Below the pieces are notes generated by a model. It was not told where the DNA came from. It made no database searches and worked only from the letters and a program-made list of their open reading frames with translations. The translations under genes and the position numbers were made by a program. A DNA stretch of 64,000 bases from Methanobacteriota archaeon. GTDB lineage: Archaea; Thermoplasmatota; Thermoplasmata; SG8-5; JAGLSY01. The DNA lies in NCBI GenBank assembly GCA_020697715.1, contig JAEHCO010000001.1, positions 746,149 to 810,148 of the forward strand. The letters are read 5' to 3'. Position 1 is the first letter of the stretch. Each line of letters starts with the position of its first letter. Of the stretch, positions 27,801 to 37,000 are shown piece by piece.

Positions 27801-29898
27801 GGATGATCTCATTCCACCACCGGCCAACTCATGGCATAATGGATTCGCAGATGGTGGGAACTACTGGAGTGATTATGGAGGAATTGACCTGACAGCAGAT
27901 GGAATTGGTGATACAAGCTATCCGATACCTGGCATTGCTTCAGCTTCTGATATCTGGCCCTGGATGAGGGCGGATGGCTGGAAACTGCCATACACGTCCT
28001 TCACCTCAGTTGCGTGGGACGATGTCAATGAGAGATTCTGGCTCTGTGGTGAAGTTTCCACTGATGCTCAGAGCTGTATCTATTATATTCAGAACGGCAC
28101 CTTTGATTCGATGGTGGCTATAGAACCACCACCATTCACCGTGACGGCCTTAGCACCTGACAATTTGGGTAATATCTTGTTAGCAGGGAACAATCTTGAT
28201 TCCATGTTCTATTTCGATCCGATAGCTATTGCCGCATATCCTGTGACCGAGATAGGCACAGGCAAGATGTGGGGCTGGAATATCACAGACATTACTTTCA
28301 ATCCTAATGATAACAGGTTCTATGTGGTCGGCAATCAGATGAATCAGGACAAGGGTGTGGCCTTCCACACGGATACCATTCCACTTGATTCAGGGTCTGA
28401 TAATTGCTATTTGGACACATCCGCATTCATCAGCACACCTCCAGGTAAATTGAAGTCAATTGAATGGAACCCTGCCAGAGACTATGCACTTGTCGTAGGG
28501 GATGGCATTTACAGAATGGATTACTATGATGGCAATCCTGGATATGAACTGACATGGTCCGAGATTGACGCAGGTTCCGCTGGTATCACTTACAGTGATG
28601 TTTCCTGGGATACTGATGGATGGAATGAGGCGGCCATATCGGGTGACGATAATACATTCGGATCCTATTGGAGATATTATCACACCAATCCTCAACTCCA
28701 GCTTGGGTTCACCAATGGAACCGCTAGTACGGGATACAGCACTTGTGCGATGAAGCCACCATCAAGTCCAAAATGGGGCCTTATACTCGGTGGCTCTGGT
28801 GCATTGCAGATCAATATTGAAGAACTGGATCAGAGCTCTACGGTATCGACCAGCTCAATAAATCCGAATTTGTACTGGGTGGGATTCAATGATACTGCTA
28901 TGAATCCTATGAACAACCAGGTCATCAACCCGGATTCATCATTCTACATAACCTTCGAAGGAAATTACAGTGGAGGATGGGACCAATTGGCCATGGAGAT
29001 CGACATGTGGTATGATTTCGGTTTCACCGGTACCAATTCTATATATCCTGTGGAGACTGAATTCAACAGGAACAAGGCCTTTAGTCTGACATATATTCCA
29101 GCCACTTCATCGTGTTCTGTCAATTATCCGAATGGTCCTATCATGGAATTCCAGACAGGTTCGATCACAGATATTGTCTCTATACCACATCCTACCATGC
29201 CAACACATTCCACACATAGGGTGGAGATCGAGATCCTGCTTGGGGCGCAGATGTTCGCGGCCGATGGCAGTGGTTCAATGGGTATTGGTCCCGATTATCA
29301 TTCGGATCCGAATATAGCACTTGACAGGGCCAATACCTGGGACTTCAATGTCACCATGATGGATGTGGGCGACCCAACCAAATTCAACTGCACATATGGG
29401 GAATTTGGTGTGAACAAGGCTATCTCCATATCCATAACTGGAAATCCAGGTGCCGAAGGTACACCAGGTACGAACGGCGTATACCTTGGCTCCAATACCA
29501 TCGAGTATTCGACCAATACCGATTACTGGGTCAATGTCTCGATACCTAATCTTTACTTATATGGCAATGAGGCCAGTCCTTACTTCATATCTGCGGATAA
29601 ACTGCAGGTGGAGAATACCAATGGACTATCTTACTTGCCATTGGTATCTGACATTGATGCTGCGACATATTTCTCGGGTCCTGACCTGAAATGGTGTGTG
29701 TGGGGCAGTTCTGCTGGAGGAGCATTACAAGCTCCCGGTAATGGAACGACAGCTCATGGACCTTGGGGTTCGAACTATAACAATTATGGCAGCGGAGATG
29801 GGTCCACGACTGTGGAATGGTACGTGGATCTTCCAGGGGCACTGGTCGCTGGCACTTATGAAGCGACCATATCATATTCGATAGAGACGGAGGGATGA
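24838..29898 (+). CDS. Array protein A3: scaffold with NosD/PbH1-type beta-helix interrupted by 14 GloVer-type (TIGR03803-like) repeats
   Basis: YPTIQGAIDAANEGDTI...YTENI; 14x LYGMTxxGG..G.IF.I.TDG..F.VLHxF; NLIYHNNF...GGNYWSDY...DGIGDT cap; ends GTYEATISYSIETEG. Confidence 0.85.
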   Translation: MNQKMTSIVIVCAMLLMGITINIDSGAQGAFVNYQSVPWDSNFTPLDSAWDPAGDNCIVVGNDTSGLQSSAWHYYEPTDTWSQISEAGGYMSTPGNYAENQNSGISYPTIQGAIDAANEGDTIEVWAGSYTENIAVGIPLTLEGNGSYNTVIDGAGAGNVVTISVDGVEFSGFTVTNSGAGNSGILLFNSDNSQIHNNTAEGNGYGIRLEGSSNNIIRDNDVENNDVGMITTDSPEIKKMVGITGYGGMGYGTMFDMDPSGDNYEVVRSFTPAYEDGYSPQFGKLTQDIFDPSILFGMTANGGTYNEGVIYKVRTDGSDYEILHEFNGGTTDGGRPYDATLLQIGSTLYGMTYDGGISDAGVIFSIERDGTGFDILHEFSTGAGGNSPRGSLTYDGIRLYGMTYYGGAVFNYGVIFSMNLDGSAYTVLRSFSAPDGEYPYGSLILDMTTGTSLFGMARVGGSGYGTIFRISTDGSSFNVLHTFTALSTDGRYPYGSLIQDGLTLYGMTYQGGNALGNDGCVFKIQTDGSGFTLLHSFSTSGGGYYPYGDLVQSGGMLYGMTRYATGGTGMIFGVSTDGLTYNTLHTFTNSPDGAYPYGGLILDGATLYGATGNGGLNYGALFKINTDSSGYSIIHNFDGVEHEGTKPSGRMVQDGNTLYGVTEDGGAYGYGTFYKINTDYTGYTILHNFDYNTEGYPYASSVIQVGSTFYGMLYEGNTDDQGSLYKINADGTGFTILRDFEDWDGSYPSGYLAYSDPYLYGMTESGGMWGEGVLYRLRTDGTDFSVMAEFEYGSGSPAYPYFNGLVDGGSVMYGFSQNGGIFSRGCIFSIDKTTWFMDVLYSFTGDVDGSYPHGVPILDGGYLYGTASSDGDVVANDGTIFRINTDGTNFVVLHTFLPVDGSNPYQGLALDGNELYGMTGNGGAFNDGTIFKMDKDTTTFTVLHEFSSNPDGRNPNYNDITVVVIPAAQSMGNLIYHNNFIDNTQQAQDDLIPPPANSWHNGFADGGNYWSDYGGIDLTADGIGDTSYPIPGIASASDIWPWMRADGWKLPYTSFTSVAWDDVNERFWLCGEVSTDAQSCIYYIQNGTFDSMVAIEPPPFTVTALAPDNLGNILLAGNNLDSMFYFDPIAIAAYPVTEIGTGKMWGWNITDITFNPNDNRFYVVGNQMNQDKGVAFHTDTIPLDSGSDNCYLDTSAFISTPPGKLKSIEWNPARDYALVVGDGIYRMDYYDGNPGYELTWSEIDAGSAGITYSDVSWDTDGWNEAAISGDDNTFGSYWRYYHTNPQLQLGFTNGTASTGYSTCAMKPPSSPKWGLILGGSGALQINIEELDQSSTVSTSSINPNLYWVGFNDTAMNPMNNQVINPDSSFYITFEGNYSGGWDQLAMEIDMWYDFGFTGTNSIYPVETEFNRNKAFSLTYIPATSSCSVNYPNGPIMEFQTGSITDIVSIPHPTMPTHSTHRVEIEILLGAQMFAADGSGSMGIGPDYHSDPNIALDRANTWDFNVTMMDVGDPTKFNCTYGEFGVNKAISISITGNPGAEGTPGTNGVYLGSNTIEYSTNTDYWVNVSIPNLYLYGNEASPYFISADKLQVENTNGLSYLPLVSDIDAATYFSGPDLKWCVWGSSAGGALQAPGNGTTAHGPWGSNYNNYGSGDGSTTVEWYVDLPGALVAGTYEATISYSIETEG

Positions 29899-32800
29899 AA
29901 ATGAGAACTAAATTAACCTCAATTTTGATCGTGAGCGCGATGTTGTTGATGGCCTTTAGCATCAACATAGACATGAATGCTCATGGGGCATTCATAAACA
30001 CTCTGTCCGGAAATGGACTGAACCCGAATTTCATCCCACTAGATACGGAATGGAACACAGAGGGGACCATGGCAGTGGTGGTTGGCCAGGATGTTACAAA
30101 TGGACCAAATGCATACATGTATTGGCCGCATAATGACACCTATTTCCCCATATCGAACTATGTGCCTGGCCAGATACTGATGGGAGTGGATTGTTACAGC
30201 GAACCTGTGTACAATAACACACAATCAGCCCCAGCCTCGACCGTACTTCTGGTTGACGCGGACTGCGCTAATGATGGATTGGTAACACTGTATGATGATC
30301 CTCTGGTGAACCAGGGCTACAGTGTGACCATATGGGATGTATATGGAACCAATGGCCCGGCCGAGGGAAAACCCCAGGATACGGATATGTCCAGCTATGA
30401 CCTGGTTGTGTGGATACCCAGCAGGGACACACAGGGGCCGCCGGTCTATAGTGGTGGAGAGACCTTTGACAGTACTGATCAGAATGAGGTCGGAAATTAT
30501 CTAGATGGTGGAGGAAATTTCTTCCTTTCCAATATCTATTGGTCCTCCTATCTACCTTTCGCAATGCCTTACAGTCTTGGTGAATTCACATACGATTACC
30601 TGGGACTTAGCGGTATATCCAACACTGGCTCCAATAGGGAGAACGCTGTAATGGGAAATACCGGAGATTCTCAGTTCGATGGGTTCGGAACAGCGTACCT
30701 GGATTGGAACCTGGGAAACTGGGGTGGAACGAATCCATTCCAGTCCGATGAGCCAACTGTCGGAAATGGGGAGATCTGTGCTTATATTGGATGGGATATG
30801 CCACCTCTCGATTGGGGAAATGGCGGGGTCAAGTATGATGCAGGAACCTTCAAGTCCATGTTCATGGGATTCCCTGTTGAAACACTACAACCAGCAGATG
30901 CAGATGATTTCTGGGCAAGAGTGGGAGATTTCTTTGAATTATCTGGTGGTGGTGATCTCACGAACTTCGCAATGTTAAATCCCTCACAGGATAACACCAT
31001 TTATGAAGAAGATACAAGCTACAGCAATGGTGCCGGGCAATACATCTTTACTGGAATGAATTCAGGCTCTGATATTAGAAGAGCTCTTGTTCAATTTGAC
31101 CTGGAGGGATCTCTGCCTGAAGGCTCGACCTTAACTGGTGCAGCCCTTTATCTATACTGTAGCTGGTCCGAGATGCCAGGAAACGAAGCGGTCAGCCTTC
31201 ATGCCCTACAGGAAGATTGGGGCGAAGGGATCTCAGATGCTAATCCAAATGAGGAATATGGAACCAGTGCGGCCATTGGAGATGCAACATGGAACCATAG
31301 ATATTATTCCTCAACCTTTTGGGCAAGTCCGGGTGGAGAATATGATCCGTCATCCAGTGCTATAACTACCGTGGGAGTTGCTGGTTCTTATTATGTCTGG
31401 ACATCTGCACAAATGAAAACAGATGTGCAAAATTGGATAGATAATCCAGAACAGAATAATGGATGGATGGTCAGAGGAAATGAGGGTATGATGGAAACTG
31501 CAAAAGGTTTCAGCAGTGTGAACAATAGCGATTCATCTACCATTCCGATCCTAGTTTTGGAATACACAAATCCCTTCACTCAAGAAGTGGTAATCGAATC
31601 AGATAGGGATAATGGTATGTTCTCCGAGGATCCAGACCAGAGCAATGGTGCCGGGGAGGCCATGCGTGCTGGTGCCAACAGTGTGGATGATGTAAGAAGA
31701 GGTCTGATCCACTTTGATGTAGCTGGCAATGTACCAGCAGATTCAATCATAAGCTATTCTGACCTGCAGATGACATGCAGGCGAGATGCGGATGGCTCTT
31801 CAAGGACCTACACTCTGCAGAGAATGACCAATGACTGGGGCGAAGGAATATCGGACGATGGAGGCTTTACAGCTTCCGGCAATGCTGAAGCTGAAGATGC
31901 CACATGGGACTACAATTTCTACTCCTATTCCAATTGGGGCACACCTGGTGGGGATTTCGATCCCACAATAGTATCTTCTCAGATCGTCACTAGCAGTGGA
32001 CAGGACTATACATGGAGCTTCACCAGCGAGATGCAGTCCAATATCCAATCCTGGTTGGATGATGATTCAACCAATTATGGATGGCTGGTCCGAGGAGACG
32101 AAACATTAGATGGTGTATCCAAGGCCAAGCATTTCTACACTCGAGAATATTCAGTTGCCGAGGATAGGCCACAATTGACCATCAGATACACTCCGGACAC
32201 TTTGCCGGATCCAATAGGGTACAATGACACCTTCTGGTTATGTGGGGACGATGCTGGCGGAGGAATGACCTGTGTCTACAAAGTTGTTCCAGATGTAAGC
32301 CTCAGCCTGGTAAATATGGGGAAGACCGTTGCCCAACCGTTGACCTCAATAGCCTGTGATGATGATGGGAACCCACTGGCTGTCGGCCACAATCAGGCAA
32401 ATATGTTCTATTACGACATCACAGCGACCACCTGGTATGATGTTGGAGGGACCATGCTTACGGACTGTGATTTCGAAGGCGTGGATTATAATCCAAATGA
32501 TGGAAGATTCTACGTAGCGGGATACAATGGCAACTGGGCATGGCCAGTGGTTTATTACACAGATCCAGGCCCATTGAACAATGGAACTTCAAGTGCCTAT
32601 TACTACCAGTCTACTGATTTAACCAGCGATTGCTATCTCTATTCAATTGCCTGGAACGAGTTGTATGATTATGGATTGGCCGTGGGTGAAGAGGGGCATA
32701 TCCTCAAGGTCTGGCCCTTCGATCATAATGGCGATGGCACAATGATGTACGAGGATATTTCCATTAATTTCGGGGATTACTACTACGATGTTTCGTGGGA

Positions 32801-34082
32801 CACAGATGGATGGGATGAGGCAGGTATCGTTGGCAGTGACAGCATGGGCTGGGATGGTCTGTATTACAGATATTACCAGTCTAACCCGGAGATCATACTC
32901 GGACATGACAGCAATGATGGAAGTTATTATCGTGCATGCGCGATGAAGCCCCCGTCAAGTCCAAAATGGCTGTTCATCCCAACATCCAGTGGAGGTGTCA
33001 AAGCCAATATCCAGGCTCTGGATCAAAGTTCCACAGTATCGGCCAGTTCCTTATTCCCCAACATATACTGGGCGGGTTTGAACGATACGGCCATGAACTC
33101 GAAGAACAATATGATGATCAATCCTGATTCGGACTTCTACATAACCTTCGAGGCGAATTATAGTGGAGGCTGGAACCAGATCCAAGCAGACATCCACATA
33201 TGGTATGATGATGGGTGGACGGGCACCAACTCACAATACCCTGCTGAAACACCAAATAATAGGAATTGGGCCATCAACCTGACCTATGATCCTAATGCTG
33301 GCTCCTATGTGGTGAATTACCCATCTACCCCTGTTTTGGAAGCCACCATTGGTGCGTATTCAGATACAATTGTTTCAGCGCATCCAGATCCAACTCAATC
33401 CATACATCGAGTTGAGTTGCCTATCCATTTTGGTGGCCAGATGTTCGCTGCAGATGGAAGTGGTTCCATGGGTGCAGGTCCAGATTATCACACTGACCCG
33501 AACATAGCACTTGATAGAGGAAACACTTGGGATTTCAATGTAACACTGTATGATAGTGCCAGTATCGCGAAGAAGAATAGTACATATGGTGAATTCGGAG
33601 TCAATCAGGCGATCTCCATATCTATTGCGGGAAATCCATCAGGAGATGCACCACCTGGTTCAAATGGCGTATACCTGGGAAGCAATGTCATAACATACTC
33701 GACCAACACGAACTACTGGGTCAATATGTCAATACCTGACTTGGACAAGGCAGGAGGAGGGTCATCTATTCCGGCAAGCAATCTGCAGGTACAGAACACC
33801 AATGGTCTTTCCACTCTGCCATCTGCTTCTGAGATCGGTGCCCAGACATACTTCTCTGGGGCAGATCAGAAGCTCTGTGTTTGGGGAATATCTGGACCTG
33901 CCGTGCCATTGGCCTCACCTGGAAATGGAACTACAGCCCATGGGCCGTGGGGTTCCAATTACAATAATTATGGTGACCCAGGAGGGACCACGAGCATTGA
34001 CTGGTACATAGATCTACCAAGCTCGCTACAATCGGGAATATACACGGCCACTATCACATATTCTATAGAGACGCAGGGGTGA
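29895..34082 (+). CDS. Array protein A4: scaffold with alpha/beta (GATase-like) insert and two DNRLRE/CBM96-like domains
   Basis: VLLVDAD...YDLVVW...YLDGGGN; two repeats of DN...SNGAG...RR.L..FD...DWGEG.SD...DATW...PGG.(Y/F)D...N.GW.VRG.E; ends GIYTATITYSIETQG. Confidence 0.82.
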   Translation: MKMRTKLTSILIVSAMLLMAFSINIDMNAHGAFINTLSGNGLNPNFIPLDTEWNTEGTMAVVVGQDVTNGPNAYMYWPHNDTYFPISNYVPGQILMGVDCYSEPVYNNTQSAPASTVLLVDADCANDGLVTLYDDPLVNQGYSVTIWDVYGTNGPAEGKPQDTDMSSYDLVVWIPSRDTQGPPVYSGGETFDSTDQNEVGNYLDGGGNFFLSNIYWSSYLPFAMPYSLGEFTYDYLGLSGISNTGSNRENAVMGNTGDSQFDGFGTAYLDWNLGNWGGTNPFQSDEPTVGNGEICAYIGWDMPPLDWGNGGVKYDAGTFKSMFMGFPVETLQPADADDFWARVGDFFELSGGGDLTNFAMLNPSQDNTIYEEDTSYSNGAGQYIFTGMNSGSDIRRALVQFDLEGSLPEGSTLTGAALYLYCSWSEMPGNEAVSLHALQEDWGEGISDANPNEEYGTSAAIGDATWNHRYYSSTFWASPGGEYDPSSSAITTVGVAGSYYVWTSAQMKTDVQNWIDNPEQNNGWMVRGNEGMMETAKGFSSVNNSDSSTIPILVLEYTNPFTQEVVIESDRDNGMFSEDPDQSNGAGEAMRAGANSVDDVRRGLIHFDVAGNVPADSIISYSDLQMTCRRDADGSSRTYTLQRMTNDWGEGISDDGGFTASGNAEAEDATWDYNFYSYSNWGTPGGDFDPTIVSSQIVTSSGQDYTWSFTSEMQSNIQSWLDDDSTNYGWLVRGDETLDGVSKAKHFYTREYSVAEDRPQLTIRYTPDTLPDPIGYNDTFWLCGDDAGGGMTCVYKVVPDVSLSLVNMGKTVAQPLTSIACDDDGNPLAVGHNQANMFYYDITATTWYDVGGTMLTDCDFEGVDYNPNDGRFYVAGYNGNWAWPVVYYTDPGPLNNGTSSAYYYQSTDLTSDCYLYSIAWNELYDYGLAVGEEGHILKVWPFDHNGDGTMMYEDISINFGDYYYDVSWDTDGWDEAGIVGSDSMGWDGLYYRYYQSNPEIILGHDSNDGSYYRACAMKPPSSPKWLFIPTSSGGVKANIQALDQSSTVSASSLFPNIYWAGLNDTAMNSKNNMMINPDSDFYITFEANYSGGWNQIQADIHIWYDDGWTGTNSQYPAETPNNRNWAINLTYDPNAGSYVVNYPSTPVLEATIGAYSDTIVSAHPDPTQSIHRVELPIHFGGQMFAADGSGSMGAGPDYHTDPNIALDRGNTWDFNVTLYDSASIAKKNSTYGEFGVNQAISISIAGNPSGDAPPGSNGVYLGSNVITYSTNTNYWVNMSIPDLDKAGGGSSIPASNLQVQNTNGLSTLPSASEIGAQTYFSGADQKLCVWGISGPAVPLASPGNGTTAHGPWGSNYNNYGDPGGTTSIDWYIDLPSSLQSGIYTATITYSIETQG

Positions 34083-34085
34083 TTG

Positions 34086-37000
34086 ATGAATAGAAAACTA
34101 GTATCCACATTGATAATCGCGATCCTCCTCAGCGTGAGCTTTGGCTATGGATTGGTCATGAATGCGGGAGCTAGTAATTTTGTCGAGGATATTGAGGGAC
34201 CTGATGCTACATTCAGAGATGTGATCTGGAATAATAATGGGACCAGCTCTTATGTGGTTGGTAATGATTCGGCCAATAATGGAGTGGTGTACACCTACAC
34301 GGCCGAGGACGAGACCTGGAATCCAATATCAAGTGTAGCTGGTGATAGCTACAATGCTATTTCCAGAACAGGATCCTACACATGGACGGATGATATTGAA
34401 AGTGGAAGTAATGGATGGACCACGGATAACTGGCAAAGCTCAACTCCAGCTCCAGCCCCAACCTCTTCCAACTCCTCTCTTGTGGGCGAGTGGAAGTTCG
34501 ACGAGGGTGTTGGTCAATACACTAACGATACTAGTGGAAGAGATAATGACGGGACACTTCTTGACTTTGATCCTGGAAATGCAGACCTGAACACACCTCC
34601 TGTGTGGACGCCAAATGGAGTATCTGGTAGTGCTCTGTATTTCGATGGCGTCGATGATTATGTGGACATCGATTATATTCCCAATACATTCAACAATCAC
34701 GACTTCTCAATTAGTGTATGGGTGCATCCAACTGCATCTATGTCGTATGGGGTCATATATGCTGTGGGAGAAACTGGTGGTGGCGCAGATAAGGCCATTG
34801 AATTCAAGCTGAGCAGTGGTGTCGTGGATATATGGCATTGGAGTGACAATTGGAATACGGGCTGTACGGTAAATCTGGGTGAATGGACTTACTTGACCTA
34901 CAATTATGTGAGCTCGACTAAGACCGGTTCCATCTATGTCGATGGCCAATTCGAGAACAGCCACATATTCAGTGGTTACCTTGATATCAATGATGATGGC
35001 TACATACCAAGCCAGATCGGCCTGGGATATCCCGGCAGGTATTATAAGGGCTACATAGACGAGGTTCAGATATACAACAAAACTTTGTCTTCGACAGAAA
35101 TATCTGATAAGTATAACATAACTGGCAACAAGGTTGGGGAATGGAAGCTGGATGAGGGGGCTGGGATCAATGCCGCAGACACAAGTCAACACAGCAATCT
35201 CGGAACGCTCACCAATATGGACGATACTAATTGGGTGGATGGAATATTTGGAAAGGCATTGCACTTTGATGGATCATCAGAATTTGTGGATTGTGGGAAC
35301 GATACCAGCCTGGATCTGCCTCATAGATTCTCCATCGAGGCCTGGGTGAAGCCAACCAGCGCAGGTACTGGAACATATCGTACAGTGGTCAGCAAAGCCA
35401 TTCAAAACACGGCTACTGGTATTTCATACGCCTATCTATTGAGCACGGATAATCGGGTCATCATCTATCTAGGGAATGGGGTGACCAGTGAGAACTATAT
35501 TAGTAATACTCCTTTGACACCCGATGTCTGGAATCATATTGCGATCGTGGCTACAGATACCGAACTCATATCCTATCTTAATGGACAGCCTGATGGAGCC
35601 AAGTTGACACATACCGTAACTCCACAGGTCATAGGTTCGAATGTCAGGATCGGAGTGAAAGCAATGGCTCCCACGCAATACTTTAATGGGGCCATCGATG
35701 AAGTGAATATTTGGAATTATTCACTTTCCCCCGATGATATCCTGGCCAATTACAATAATAGCTTGAGTAATGCCCTGGTAGGCGATTGGAAATTGGATGA
35801 GGGGTCTGGTTTCCTGGCAAGTGATGATACCCAGTACGAAAATGATGGTGCCCTCATTAACATGGAAGAGGCGGATTGGGTTGACGGAATATCTGGAAAA
35901 GCTCTGCTATTCGATGGCGTAGATGAATTTGTCAATTGTGGCAATGATTCGAGTTTGGACATGATCGATGAACTGACATTGGAAGCCTGGTTCAAGCCGC
36001 AAGCTGACGGATGGAAGTTCAAGAAGGCCCTGACCATCAGTGGCTCGGCATCCCCCCTTACCAATCACCAGGTGAAGATCGACCTTGATGCCGGGAACTT
36101 TGATTTCTCCAAAGCGGATCCCAATGGTGATGACATCAGATTCTACGATGATCTCGGAACAAAGTTAGATTACTGGATAGCCAATTGGGGAGCAGGGTTG
36201 GCAACGGTGTGGGTGAATGTCTCGAGCATACCCATTTCTGGCACGACCATCTATATGCATTACGGAAACTCGGTAGCTTCAAGTGAAAGCGACCACACCG
36301 CGGTCTTTGAACCATACACCATCACTTACAATATAGCCAGCAGTGCAGGTACCTTCGGCAATGTAGGCTCATCCATGTATCTGGGCAGTCCTGTGAATGC
36401 ACCTGGAGGGAAGGCCTTGAACATCGTGACACAAACAGGAATGAGTTTCAGTACCGCTTCATTCCCAATAGATCTTGAGCTTCAGATATGGGATGGGCTC
36501 AGTGATCCGTCCACACTCGAATACACATTCTCCCCACAAACCGTCTCCACTTTAGGATGGTTCTATTCACCGGTCGAGTTCCAAGAGGTTGATATTAACA
36601 ACGGATTATGGGTTGTCATACACAAACTGGCAGGCGGAACAGCATCAGGGGTTGACTGTGCAAGCACCATACCATCTGGTTTGGGAAGATATTCGGCCGA
36701 TGGCGCTTCTTGGAACTCATGGGGGGGCAATCCACCATCTGTATTCTTTAACGGATACATGCGAAATACTGCAATCCCGGAACCATCTATAATTGTTGGG
36801 GATGAAAATGTTGTCGGAATCAGCAAGCTAGACGCTTATGGCATGGGAGCAGATACTTCCTCAGTATATTCCAGTATAAACGGTGTGGTCATTGATTCAG
36901 CCATAGTAGCCGGTTGGAATCATGCTGCCTTGACCTATGACAGTGCCCTAGGCTCGAACCACATGAAACTGTACGTCAATGGTGCTCTTGCAGGACAAGC

